DNA of 64,000 nt from an uncultured Thiotrichaceae bacterium (lineage in GTDB: Bacteria > Pseudomonadota > Gammaproteobacteria > SZUA-229), in the NCBI GenBank assembly GCA_964600755.1, contig CAZRKQ010000050.1:4926-68925 (forward strand), read 5' to 3'. Under the pieces are notes generated by a model. That model saw only the letters and a program-made list of their open reading frames with translations, did not search any database and had not been told where the DNA came from. The translations under genes and the position numbers were made by a program. This document shows, one piece after another, positions 1 to 9,500 of this stretch. Within the stretch, counting starts at the first letter, position 1. Every line of letters begins with the position of its first letter.

Positions 1-80
1 TCGGCCTGCATCAACATCAGGCAGCGTAAACGGGTGCTGTCCGCCAGCATCTTGAACAAGGTATCTGTTTCGTTGAGCAT
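1..80 (-). CDS. ArsR-family transcriptional regulator (N-terminal part; gene continues beyond the left edge of the window)
   Basis: Reverse-strand translation from ATG (complement of 78-80) reads MLNETDTLFKMLADSTRLRCLMLMQA. This matches the ArsR/SmtB HTH signature LFKxLADxTRLRxLxLL. Confidence 0.5.
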   Translation of the reverse strand, partial: MLNETDTLFKMLADSTRLRCLMLMQA

Positions 81-215
81 GGCGCGGAATATACGCGAAC
101 ACATATATATGTTCAAGCATATATTATATGTGGCCATATTTTATCGAGGTTACATTGTTGCAACGCATATTACGTATTCAATGTGTACGCTGTGCCTCTG
201 TGGCAAAATACCCCG

Positions 216-839
216 ATGAAACATTCCAAACGTGATTTAGCCATCGCCCTCGCCGGTGTTTTTCAGGCCGCTTCCCTGGTTAAACAAATTTCCAATACTG
301 GTATGGCAAACAGCGCTGTAATCGAATCCAGCCTTGAAACCCTGTTCAAATTTGATGCCGAGAGCGTAGAAGATGTTTACGGCGGTGTGGCTGGCGTCGG
401 TGCCGGAATTCGCGAACTGAACAGGCAAATCGGCTCATCCAGGGGAGAGCGCGATGTAGATATAACGCGTTATGTTATTTCGATGCTGACACTTGAGAAA
501 AAGCTGTCAGCCAACACTGATATGCTGGATCAAATCGCAAAAACACTCGATAACATCAAGTCGGGCCTGGATTATTTCTCGTTGATGCACGAAAACACCA
601 TGCTGAAAATCGGACAGCTGTATAAAGACACCGTCAGTAACCTGAGCCCGCGTATCATCGTCAGCGGTGAACAGGTACATTTGAGCAATGAAAACAATGC
701 CAGTCGTATCAGGGCGCTGCTTTTGGCAGGCTTGCGTTCAGCAATTTTGTGGCGCCAGTGTGGCGGATCGCGATTATCCGTTCTATTTAACAGAAAGAGG
801 TATGAAAACGAAAGTACGTTGCTGCTGCGCGAACTGTAA
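216..839 (+). CDS. hflD: High-frequency lysogenization protein HflD (DUF489)
   Basis: ORF 183..839. Clear similarity along its length to E. coli HflD (LAIALAGV..ASLVKQ...TRYVISMLTLEKKLS...LLAGLRSAILWRQCGG). Probable start at MKHSK (216). Confidence 0.8.
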   Translation: MKHSKRDLAIALAGVFQAASLVKQISNTGMANSAVIESSLETLFKFDAESVEDVYGGVAGVGAGIRELNRQIGSSRGERDVDITRYVISMLTLEKKLSANTDMLDQIAKTLDNIKSGLDYFSLMHENTMLKIGQLYKDTVSNLSPRIIVSGEQVHLSNENNASRIRALLLAGLRSAILWRQCGGSRLSVLFNRKRYENESTLLLREL

Positions 840-945
840 TCATGATAGCCAATAAGTTGTAATAGCCTGAACTTAATCTGACAATTGCTGCAGGTTTTCG
901 CCTGGCCGATTAACCAGCCGATGCTGGAGGTTTAACATCCTGTTT

Positions 946-1045
946 TCTCGCAGAGGCGCAGGGAACGCAGAGGTGACATGTATTATTTGCAAAAACAGTA
1001 TCGTTTTATTCATCTTTCTTTGCGTTCTCTGCGCCTCTGCGAGAG
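946..1045. repeat. GC-rich REP/MITE-like inverted repeat element, copy A. Arms are CTCGCAGAGGCGCAGGGAACGCAGAGG and its reverse complement, separated by a ~47-bp AT-rich loop.
   Basis: Left arm 946-973 and right arm 1021-1045 are reverse complements with one mismatch. The same motif family recurs at 2207-2350, 41413-41444 and 47976-48008. Confidence 0.7.
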
Positions 1046-1107
1046 TAAATATCTATAGCTTTTTCTATACAGCCAATCCTGACTGTACTGACAAAAAATC
1101 ATAGAAT

Positions 1108-1268
1108 GTAGGTTGGGTTAGGCGTTTTTCGCCGTAACCCGACATTATAGTGAAAGACGAACAATGTCGGATTACAGAATACATCCATGTATTCTGCCCT
1201 TCGGGCCAGCGCAAGGCTGTTCAAATTCGGTCCTACCGAATTTAGTACGCTTCGCTAATCCAACCTAC
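1108..1268. ncRNA. Highly structured intergenic element: candidate sRNA, or a complex 3' UTR/terminator of the convergent hflD and grx-like genes
   Basis: Outer 9-bp stem GTAGGTTGG (1108-1116) pairs with CCAACCTAC (1260-1268). It encloses four local hairpins: CCGACATT...AATGTCGG; CAGAATACA-TCC-ATGTATTCTG; GCCC-TTCG-GGC, which has a UUCG-type tetraloop; and AAATTCGG...CCGAATTT. On the minus strand a T-run (TTTTTTGT) follows about 10 nt after the outer stem. Confidence 0.4.
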
Positions 1269-1283
1269 GGGCTGTAATCGTGA

Positions 1284-1919
1284 TTACAAATAGGCTGCCA
1301 GAGCTTCGTCCAGCTTCTTTTTGTTAAATCCGTCCACTCTTCTGTAGCCAACATATACTAAAGGCGTTCCCGGTGCTTCCAGTGCCTTGAAATTGCGTTT
1401 CGCAAAGGCACTTTTGTCTATATCGAACTCAGTGAATTCGACTCCTTCGTCGTTAAAATACTCTCGCGCCTTGATGCAGTAGCCGCATCTTTGTGTTGCA
1501 TACATGACAACGCGCGGCTTACCCGCTGAGTCAAAATGCCTGGCCATGATTTTCTGCTCCTGTCGGGTCAGCAATTTCTGGCCATGAACTTCGGCGAGAG
1601 CACTTATCATTTCATGTTTACTAAATCCGGAAAGTTTGCGGTTACCGGTTACCATATACGGCAAATACTTACCTCCACCATAAGCTTTCATTTTTTCAGT
1701 CTGCTCATCTCCGTCAGACACATTGAACTCTTCAAAATCAACGTGTCTTTTTTTCAGCAATGTTCTTGCATCATCACAAGGCTTACAGCCATTGAAGGTA
1801 AACAATAATGTCTGAGGATTGCCGTTTTCATCATAGGCTGCAGTGGCATGCTCCTGATATCGCGCATATAGCTGATAGCCGCCTGCGACAATAATGACCA
1901 GAATAAGTAAGTTGCGCAT
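1284..1919 (-). CDS. Membrane-anchored or periplasmic tandem glutaredoxin-like protein (two Grx/NrdH-like domains with CxxC: CKPC and CGYC)
   Basis: 211-aa ORF with a hydrophobic N-terminus (MRNLLILVIIVAGGYQLY). It has two repeated modules, each with CxxC followed by a ...VDFEEF / ...VEFTEFDID pattern and a GxxxxDGF end, typical of glutaredoxin-fold domains. Confidence 0.6.
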   Translation of the reverse strand: MRNLLILVIIVAGGYQLYARYQEHATAAYDENGNPQTLLFTFNGCKPCDDARTLLKKRHVDFEEFNVSDGDEQTEKMKAYGGGKYLPYMVTGNRKLSGFSKHEMISALAEVHGQKLLTRQEQKIMARHFDSAGKPRVVMYATQRCGYCIKAREYFNDEGVEFTEFDIDKSAFAKRNFKALEAPGTPLVYVGYRRVDGFNKKKLDEALAAYL

Positions 1920-2206
1920 GTCTTCCCCTGAATGAGTGCTTTCATCCAGATATTAGACGATGCGGTGTAGATTTCAGATTTGCGGGTAATATGCTGCGGT
2001 GCCGTTTGGAATCACGTAGAGATATACTGCGAAAAACTGGCATGCACTGCCTGCAAGTACAAACAGGTGTCAGCCCCAGCCATCACGCAGGTTGACCAGT
2101 GTAAACGGTGTGTAAGTACCAGCAATAAGCAGGAAAATCGTTATTCGTCAACGGCTTAACCGCAACGAAACATAATCCGAGGATACTCATTTTTAAAAAT
2201 AACTTT

Positions 2207-2350
2207 CACCGCAGAGGCGCGGAGACGCAGAGGCTATTGCAGGTGTTCGTAGGATCGGTTTTAACCGCGAACATTTACAATTCGAGGTTAAATCCGCTAC
2301 TACAACAACCAGTAAGAACTCCGCGTCTCCGCGCCTCTGCGGTAAATCAC
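2207..2350. repeat. GC-rich REP/MITE-like inverted repeat element, copy B. Arms are CACCGCAGAGGCGCGGAGACGCAGAGG and its reverse complement, separated by a ~85-bp core.
   Basis: Arms 2207-2233 and 2319-2350 are near-perfect reverse complements. The core contains GTAGGATCGGTTTTAACCGCGAAC, which is related to the inverted repeats flanking the IS481 element at 39756-39782 and 41352-41380. Confidence 0.7.
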
Positions 2351-2437
2351 ATGTTTGTGATAACAAACGTAGTCAGCCTGGATGAAGCGTAGTGTACAAA
2401 TTCAACTGGATTAGATTCTGACTATTACAGATTAACT

Positions 2438-4180
2438 TTATGCCCAGTTCGTCTGTTTCGCCTTGTGCAGTTTCCTGTAGCCTTCAAGTAACTTGTTATG
2501 CAGCTCAAAACCTTCCAGGCTCAATCCCGGACTGTGCAGGCCATGAAATACTTCCCTGCCCTCGGCTATTTCAATACCGTTAATGACACTGTCTTCGCCA
2601 TACATCAGTACCAGGCTATTACTGTAATCTTCGAATTTACGATTTTCGTCGTGCTTTATGTCCAGTAGCGCATTGATACAGCGATATTGGTTTGATCGCT
2701 TCTCGCCAAGCTGATCGATTTGCACACACCAGTCGACCCAATCGATGGCCTGTTCATCCTGCATGGCCAGACACAGCATTGCTTTAAGCTCACCTATTCT
2801 CAGGGTCGCCCAGGCGGTACCAGGGTCTGGTGCTATGCCTATAAACTCGGCAACGCGTTGAAAATCATTGTAGCCTGCTGCTTCGAGCCGGTTGAAGATA
2901 TCGCGCCAGCGTTCACTATCAAGCTCTTTCACAGACAGAACATCTTTTCTGAATAAAGCACCTTCATTGTTGTTATTCCAGACCAGGTCATCGACGGGGT
3001 AAATATCTGACATACCCGGTACGATGATGCGGCACGAATACACATCCAGGTGCTGGTAGTCTGAGATATAAATATCGAAACCCATGTCATGAATGACACC
3101 GCATAAATACTCAAATTCATCATGCGTGTTGGCATCATGTTCCCAGTCGGCAAATTCATAGTCCGCTGAGTGTTTGAAAAAGTCGTATGAAATCAGTCCG
3201 CTGGAGTCGATAAAATGCGATTCCAGGTTATGGTGGTCTGCTACCTCTTCGAGGTCGAAGCTTGGTTGCTGAAAGCCATCCAGCTGGTCCAGGCCCCTGC
3301 CCTGCAGCAGCTCGGTGACGGTGCGCTCAAGCGCAACTTCAAAACACGGGTGGGCACCGAATGATGCGAACACGGAGCCATTATTTGGGTTAATCAGCGT
3401 AACGCTCATAACCGGGAATTTGCCTCCTAAAGAAGCATCGGCAATACGCAGATGGTAACCATGCTGCTGTAATTCACTGATTGAAGCAGCGATACCTGGA
3501 AACCGGTTGATGACCTCGAGCGGCACTTCTGGCAGACAGATTCCATCTGCGATGATTCTGTTCTTTACATAGCGCTCAAAAACCTCGGACAATGCCTGCA
3601 CGCGGGCCTCGTTGGCAGTATTACCGGCGGACATACCGTTGCTGACGTAGATGTTGCCAATAACATTCACCGGGAACCAGGTTGTGTGTCCGTCTTTTTG
3701 CCGCTGGTAAGGCACCGCACATATACCACGCTGACCTGTGCCCGAGTTGGTATCGAATATTTGACCAGGTTTCAGCTGCCTGTCAGGGTCATAGTAGTTC
3801 CACAGGCCGTCATCAAGCAGACCGGCAGGCATCGTCTCAGCATCAGTCTGGAACCAGCGTTCGTCCGGGTAATGTACGAAGTCATCATTGGAAAATTCTT
3901 CACCGAGGTAGAAATCTGCGAAAAAATAATTGCAGCTCAGGCGTTCAAAATATTCACCCAGTGCACTGGCAAGACAGGCCTTGTGGCTGGCGCCCTTGCC
4001 ATTTGTAAACATCAGGCCACACTCCTTGTCCCTGATATGAACCGAGTAGACATTCGGCACAGGATTCAACCATGAAGCTTCTTCAATCTCGATACCAAGC
4101 GCTTTCAGTTTGTTCAACATGCTCTCGATGGATGATTCGAGATCACGGTCCTTGCCCTTTATGAATGTGATTTCAGACAT
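2438..4180 (-). CDS. ycaO: YcaO-domain protein (ribosomal protein S12 methylthiotransferase accessory factor-type)
   Basis: 580 aa. Collinear with E. coli YcaO (IEEASWLNPVPNV.SVHIRDKEC...GKGA...ALASALGEYFERLS.NYFFADF ... ACRIIVPGMSDIYP...). Confidence 0.9.
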   Translation of the reverse strand: MSEITFIKGKDRDLESSIESMLNKLKALGIEIEEASWLNPVPNVYSVHIRDKECGLMFTNGKGASHKACLASALGEYFERLSCNYFFADFYLGEEFSNDDFVHYPDERWFQTDAETMPAGLLDDGLWNYYDPDRQLKPGQIFDTNSGTGQRGICAVPYQRQKDGHTTWFPVNVIGNIYVSNGMSAGNTANEARVQALSEVFERYVKNRIIADGICLPEVPLEVINRFPGIAASISELQQHGYHLRIADASLGGKFPVMSVTLINPNNGSVFASFGAHPCFEVALERTVTELLQGRGLDQLDGFQQPSFDLEEVADHHNLESHFIDSSGLISYDFFKHSADYEFADWEHDANTHDEFEYLCGVIHDMGFDIYISDYQHLDVYSCRIIVPGMSDIYPVDDLVWNNNNEGALFRKDVLSVKELDSERWRDIFNRLEAAGYNDFQRVAEFIGIAPDPGTAWATLRIGELKAMLCLAMQDEQAIDWVDWCVQIDQLGEKRSNQYRCINALLDIKHDENRKFEDYSNSLVLMYGEDSVINGIEIAEGREVFHGLHSPGLSLEGFELHNKLLEGYRKLHKAKQTNWA

Positions 4181-4342
4181 TACGATCCTGAAACAGCTGC
4201 TGCAAATGTGACTTCATCGGGTTATTCCACTGGATTTATCTTAATATTGTTATGTATTCTTCAGCTGCGAAGTCTACAACAACGGCAACAGGTACTTTGT
4301 ATAAAATTACAGCCGCCACGCTCAAATGCTATGAATTAAATC

Positions 4343-5248
4343 ATGCCAAACAAAAATATAATATTTATACCCGGCAAGAACCCGAAACCACCCCCGAAAC
4401 AACACCGTGAAATGTTGTGGCGCTCCCTGGCGGAAGGTGTGAGGCGTGCACAGCCGGATATCGCTGCAGATATCGACAAGCGTATGAAGCAGTTCAGGCT
4501 GATCGCCTGGAATCAGCTTTATTACGAGGCTGAAAAAGACAGTAATCGCGACCTGCCCTGGATCGATGAGCTGATAAATACACATGGCCCAACTCAACAC
4601 GATATCAAGGATGCGCATTCATGGCATCGAAAACTGGACCGCACGCTGTATGCTATGGCCGACCATTTTCCCTATATCATCCGTTTTCTTTCCGGCCCCG
4701 CCTGTGCAACAGTTAACGAGCTCAGTCGTTATTTTAAAAACAGCCACAATATCGCCTATCACATTCGTGAACAATTCAAGAAAGTAATCCGTCCCATGCT
4801 CGACAATAACGAGCATGTGCTTGTTATTGGCCATAGCATGGGTTCTATTATTGCTTACGACGCACTGTGGGAGCTGTCTCACATCGAACATCGAAAAGAC
4901 AAGCTTGATTTTCTCTCTATTGGCAGTCCTTTAGGAATGAACTTTGTTCAGCACAGACTGGTTGGAAATAACGAGCAAGGTACACGCAAGTACCCGACCA
5001 TAATCAGGCGCTGGATAAATGTGGCCTCGGTCGGTGATATTACCGCGCTCGACCGGCATTTCCGCGATGATTTCCAGCCCATGCTGGACCTTGACATCAT
5101 TGAATCGATCGAAGACCATACTGAAGGTATATACAACTTCTTCCATAATGAAGATGGCCTGAATTGTCATCGCTCATATGGCTACCTGGTGAATCCGGCG
5201 ACAGGCAAAATCATCGCAGACTGGCTGTATAACTCAGGCGCTGATTAG
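4343..5248 (+). CDS. alpha/beta-hydrolase-fold protein (lipase/esterase-like, GHSMGS nucleophile elbow)
   Basis: 301-aa ORF with a GxSxG motif (VIGHSMGSIIAYDA) and downstream Asp/His candidates. No closer family assignment is possible from sequence alone. Confidence 0.5.
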   Translation: MPNKNIIFIPGKNPKPPPKQHREMLWRSLAEGVRRAQPDIAADIDKRMKQFRLIAWNQLYYEAEKDSNRDLPWIDELINTHGPTQHDIKDAHSWHRKLDRTLYAMADHFPYIIRFLSGPACATVNELSRYFKNSHNIAYHIREQFKKVIRPMLDNNEHVLVIGHSMGSIIAYDALWELSHIEHRKDKLDFLSIGSPLGMNFVQHRLVGNNEQGTRKYPTIIRRWINVASVGDITALDRHFRDDFQPMLDLDIIESIEDHTEGIYNFFHNEDGLNCHRSYGYLVNPATGKIIADWLYNSGAD

Positions 5249-6457
5249 GCTCAAAAGCTCCAAAACCACAAAGCCGGCACTGACAAGAAATCCAAGCAAG
5301 GGGACATACAGCGGAAATATAATCAAACCTTCCGGTTTCGGTTGTTTGCGCTTTACCTGCAATAAAGATAGATTCACCAGCGCAAACACGATCAACATGA
5401 TCAGCGATGTCGCTTCTGCCAGTGACGCCAGCGTTCCACTTACTGCAAGCAGCAGAATTGCAACTGTAGACAATGCGGTTGCAACCAGGGGGGTCTGCGT
5501 GCGCTTGTCTACAAAGCTGATTATGGCTGGAAGCAGCTTGCGGCAACTCATGCCATAAAGCACCCGTGATGCCATGATCATTTGTATCAGGGCCCCATTG
5601 ATCAGTGCAAAAAGACCAATAATACTGATGATGACGGCATCATCGCCGGTTGAATGCTCATACAAACGCGCCAGAGGCACCTGGGTCTGGGCCAGTTGTT
5701 CGGGAGGCATAACCATTACCGCCGTTACCATGATCGCCATGTAGAGCAATGTTGTTATACCCAGGGTAAGCAGGATGCCAATGGGAAGATTGCGTCGTAC
5801 CTGCCGGGTTTCCTCGGCGACTTCCACCATGTCCTCGAAACCAATAAAGGCATAAAAAGCGAGCAATGAACCCGCGTAAATACCATACCAGCTTGCACTA
5901 TCCGCGGCGGGCACCAGCTCCTGCCATCTGTCAGGTAATTCAGTCAGTCCGCTATAACTGACGGCAATAATCAGCAGCAGGCCTGCGATTTCTATCAATG
6001 TTACAAATGCGGCAATCGTGACAGATTCCGCTATTCCCCAGGCAGCAATTGCGCCGATTACCAGACTGACGATAATGATTGCTGTGACTCGATCAAGCTC
6101 AATGAATTCACCAAGATAGGCTGTAAAGCCATTGATTATCGCCGCTGAAGATACCAGGCCAGCTGCAATCACCAGCAGGCCAACAATGGTTGACAAACGT
6201 TCAGAGGAAAAGCCTTCCTTGACATACAGCGCTGCCCCAGCACAACGTGGATATCGTCCGGAGAGCTCGGCAAAAGACAATGCTGTCAGTGCGGCCATGA
6301 TTGACGCAACCAGGAACGAGACTGGAGCGTAGTAACCGGATATACCGGCCATTTCACCAACGAGAGCGTATATACCGGCACCGATAGTTGTACCCAGGCC
6401 GTAAAGTACAAGCTGAGGCAGACCCAGTGTACGTCTAAGTGCTATCGGATCAGGCAA
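5234..6457 (-). CDS. APC-family amino acid permease
   Basis: 407 aa and highly hydrophobic with about 12 TM segments. N-terminal LVLYGLGTTIGAGIYALVGE is typical of the amino acid/polyamine/organocation superfamily. Confidence 0.7.
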   Translation of the reverse strand: MPDPIALRRTLGLPQLVLYGLGTTIGAGIYALVGEMAGISGYYAPVSFLVASIMAALTALSFAELSGRYPRCAGAALYVKEGFSSERLSTIVGLLVIAAGLVSSAAIINGFTAYLGEFIELDRVTAIIIVSLVIGAIAAWGIAESVTIAAFVTLIEIAGLLLIIAVSYSGLTELPDRWQELVPAADSASWYGIYAGSLLAFYAFIGFEDMVEVAEETRQVRRNLPIGILLTLGITTLLYMAIMVTAVMVMPPEQLAQTQVPLARLYEHSTGDDAVIISIIGLFALINGALIQMIMASRVLYGMSCRKLLPAIISFVDKRTQTPLVATALSTVAILLLAVSGTLASLAEATSLIMLIVFALVNLSLLQVKRKQPKPEGLIIFPLYVPLLGFLVSAGFVVLELLSLISA

Positions 6458-6460
6458 GGT

Positions 6461-8059
6461 TTATTTCCCGCTTGCAAGTATTGCCTGCTGAAGATGAAGA
6501 CTGATACGGGCAATGTGGTGACTGACGCGATCCAGCCAACGAATAGCTTCCAGGCAATCCGTGGCATCTGCAACACCAAGTTTGCCATTGGCAACGCTCG
6601 CAGCAATAATATCGCGCATGGGATCGACCTGCTCGGTTATATCAAGCTCCACCTGGCGGCTGCGCACAGTAATGTCGTCCCAGTTGGCTAGCATGATTTT
6701 CTCCTGGATATCGACATTCGCAGATATCAGGCTTTGCTTTATCGACGATAAGTCAGCTGTCTCCCTTGCGGTGATGGCACGGTCTTCATCTTCTTCACAA
6801 CGTTCATGCAAGCGCTGTAAATGATCGAGCGCATGTACCAGCGCAAGCATACGTTCCCAGTTTGCATCAGAGGCGCCTTTTAGTTCAATTTTATCAAGAT
6901 ACTCATGCATTTCGTCCAGCGCTGTCTGCATACGCGCAAGATCTGCCCTTTTGCCGTCATTGTCATTGCTTAAAATCGATTCGATATGATTCAACAAGGC
7001 CACATAATAGATCAACACATTTTCCTGCACGGCGTTCAGCGCGAACCCGGGTGTTTGCAGCAGAGTATCATCATAAACAGTGGTATAAATCGATTTCGCT
7101 TCCGGCAACAGCTTTATTATCAGCCTGGCGAACTGGCTGGTGAATGGCAATACCAGGATGACACCGAGAATATTGAAGCAGGTATGAAACGCAACCAGAG
7201 CAATTTCAGTGTTGGCTTGCAATGCTCCAGGTGAAATGTAGTTCCATAAGATGATATACGGCGTAATCAGGAGCAATGCACCTGCACCCGTAAACAGGTT
7301 GTAGATAAGATGAGACAGCCCAGTTCGTTTTGCGCCAATAGTGCCGCCAATACTTGCGATTAACGCGGTAAAGGTAGTGCCAATGTCCATACCGATAACG
7401 AGCGCAAGACCCTGTTCGACACTGATTGCCCCCGCATATAACGCTGTCATCACTGCCGCAACACCGGCACTGGAGGATTGTGTAATGACGGTAGCTATTA
7501 CACCGAGAAATACAATTTCAATTCGGCCAATCATAGAATCGGGCGGCAACATCTGCGGAGTTATAGTGCCCTGCAGTCCCGCCATTGCTGTCTGCATGAT
7601 ACTGATAGCAACGAATATCAGGCCAAATCCGGCGATTGCATAGCCTGCTGACCGCGCTTTCCCTTTTGCAAACAGGCGCATTATGGCGCCGATAAATATC
7701 AATGGCAGCATTAGAGTGCCTAGCTTGAGTTTGAAACCGACCAGGGCTACCATCCAGCCGGTGATCGTTGTGCCGATATTTGCACCAAAAACAATGCCCA
7801 GCGAAGATGTGAAAGTCATCAGCCCGGCGCCTACAAAACCAACTGCAGCAACTGTAGTTGCACTGGAGGATTGCAGAATGGCTGTACTGATAGCACCGGT
7901 AACAGCACCGGATGTCGGGCTCGAGGTAAACCGCATCAAGGCAGAGCGTATTGCATCACCTGCCATTTCCTTCAGACCCGCGGTCATGATGATCATGCCA
8001 AGAAGAAAAATACCGAGCCCGCCGAGTGCCTGTATAGCTATAAAGAGGTTCTCAGTCAC
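6461..8059 (-). CDS. Na+/phosphate cotransporter family protein (NptA/YjbB-like) with C-terminal PhoU-like domain
   Basis: 532 aa. The N-terminal membrane domain has duplicated Na/Pi-cotransporter motifs (QSSSAT..). The C-terminal ~150 aa is soluble, helical and PhoU-like. Confidence 0.75.
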   Translation of the reverse strand: MTENLFIAIQALGGLGIFLLGMIIMTAGLKEMAGDAIRSALMRFTSSPTSGAVTGAISTAILQSSSATTVAAVGFVGAGLMTFTSSLGIVFGANIGTTITGWMVALVGFKLKLGTLMLPLIFIGAIMRLFAKGKARSAGYAIAGFGLIFVAISIMQTAMAGLQGTITPQMLPPDSMIGRIEIVFLGVIATVITQSSSAGVAAVMTALYAGAISVEQGLALVIGMDIGTTFTALIASIGGTIGAKRTGLSHLIYNLFTGAGALLLITPYIILWNYISPGALQANTEIALVAFHTCFNILGVILVLPFTSQFARLIIKLLPEAKSIYTTVYDDTLLQTPGFALNAVQENVLIYYVALLNHIESILSNDNDGKRADLARMQTALDEMHEYLDKIELKGASDANWERMLALVHALDHLQRLHERCEEDEDRAITARETADLSSIKQSLISANVDIQEKIMLANWDDITVRSRQVELDITEQVDPMRDIIAASVANGKLGVADATDCLEAIRWLDRVSHHIARISLHLQQAILASGK

Positions 8060-8095
8060 GCTGGTGTTTCAACCCACATGTCGCACAAAGGCGGG

Positions 8096-8848
8096 TTAAA
8101 GCTCCATTATCATAGGCAGAGCTTCAGCAAGTAACTTATGCACACTTGCCTTCGCGGTATTCATGTTGCTTTTGATAATATCTATTAACACTTCTTCCTG
8201 GTTTCCTTTACCTGCTGCCCAGTTCACCACCACGGCGCAACATGCGTAGGTAATACCGAGCTCGCGTGCCAGTACTGCTTCAGGCATGCCGGTCATGCCT
8301 ACGACGTCACAGCCATCACCTTCCAGGCGTTTTATTTCCGCTGCTGTTTCCAGGCGAGGCCCCTGAACGGCCCCGTATGTACCCCTGGATACCACAGGTA
8401 AGTTCAGGTTAACAGCTGACCTGTTCAGCACCGTACGCAATTGCTCATCATATGGCCAGGTGAAATCAACGTGAACGACCGGCTCCTGATTATTCTCGTA
8501 AAATGTCTGGTTTCGGCTATGCGTGTAGTCGATGATCTGGTCGGGTATTACCAGCGTAATCGGTGACATGTGCTCAGTAATACCGCCAACAGCTGCAGTA
8601 GCTATGATGTGTGTTACTTCAAGTTCTTTCAGTGCCCACATGTTCGCCCTGTAATTGATTTCATGCGGTGCAAGTGTATGGCCGAAACCATGGCGGTGAA
8701 TAAATACGATATCGCCGCCATTCATTTTACCGAAAAGCAGCGGGCTGGATGTCGCACCATAAGGCGTATTCACCATTTCGCGGTGACTGACTTCCAGGTT
8801 TTCTACCGTATCAAGGGCGCTGCCGCCAATTACACCTACTTTAGGCAT
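8096..8848 (-). CDS. mtnP: S-methyl-5'-thioadenosine phosphorylase (PNP family)
   Basis: 250 aa. Carries the MTAP-type signature (VGVIGGS...FGHT...THIIATAAVGG...VVGMTGMPEAVLARELGI.YA). Confidence 0.85.
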   Translation of the reverse strand: MPKVGVIGGSALDTVENLEVSHREMVNTPYGATSSPLLFGKMNGGDIVFIHRHGFGHTLAPHEINYRANMWALKELEVTHIIATAAVGGITEHMSPITLVIPDQIIDYTHSRNQTFYENNQEPVVHVDFTWPYDEQLRTVLNRSAVNLNLPVVSRGTYGAVQGPRLETAAEIKRLEGDGCDVVGMTGMPEAVLARELGITYACCAVVVNWAAGKGNQEEVLIDIIKSNMNTAKASVHKLLAEALPMIMEL

Positions 8849-8859
8849 GATTATATTCT

Positions 8860-9441
8860 CTAGGTTGGTATCGCATAAATCCTGTTGAGATGCCTCAATT
8901 TACCCTTGTAGTCCATGCCATAGCCGAACACATAGCGATCATCTACCTCAAGCGCGACGAAATCGCAGTACATACCTGCCTTCAGACGATCATGCTTTTT
9001 CTGCAATAGCACAGCTGAAATAACATCCCTGGCACCTTGATCCCGGCAATACTGTTCTATGGCAGCCAGGGTATAACCCTCATCGAGAATATCATCCAGT
9101 ATCAGTACAGTACGATTTTCGAGCTTCTTATTCGGATATGCCAGCCATTCGATCGCATCTCCTGTTGTATTGTTGCCATAGCGCGTTGCGTGTATGTAAT
9201 CAAACTCAACATCAAGTGGTAGCAGCGACATGATCTTAGCAGTGAACATCAAACCACCCTGCATGACACAGAGCACCAGCGGTGACGCATCGCCAAGCCG
9301 CTCTGTAAGACGCTGTGCGAGCTTATCTATAGCTGACTCTATATCCTCTGCATCGAATAAGAGTTCTGCCTGCTGAAGCACCTGCTGTAGCTCCAGGACA
9401 TTATTTGATGGATTGGTTTCCAGTGTTTTCGACTCGGGCAT
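8860..9441 (-). CDS. hpt: Hypoxanthine-guanine phosphoribosyltransferase
   Basis: 193 aa. PRTase motif VLILDDILDEGYTL and Hpt-like overall pattern. Confidence 0.85.
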   Translation of the reverse strand: MPESKTLETNPSNNVLELQQVLQQAELLFDAEDIESAIDKLAQRLTERLGDASPLVLCVMQGGLMFTAKIMSLLPLDVEFDYIHATRYGNNTTGDAIEWLAYPNKKLENRTVLILDDILDEGYTLAAIEQYCRDQGARDVISAVLLQKKHDRLKAGMYCDFVALEVDDRYVFGYGMDYKGKLRHLNRIYAIPT

Positions 9442-9500
9442 AGCTTGCTATCACAAACGGGAAAAACAGTAATGTTTAAAAAAGGTGAAATATAGGCCAA

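Noticed and set aside
1108-1268. Idea that the multi-hairpin element is a retron msr/msd
   Set aside because: No reverse transcriptase gene is present anywhere in the window, so the retron idea is unsupported. The element is reported only as a structured element of unknown function.
5211-8134. Numerous 60-140-aa ORFs antisense to the APC permease and Na/Pi cotransporter genes
   Set aside because: They are embedded antisense in membrane-protein genes with biased composition. No independent support.
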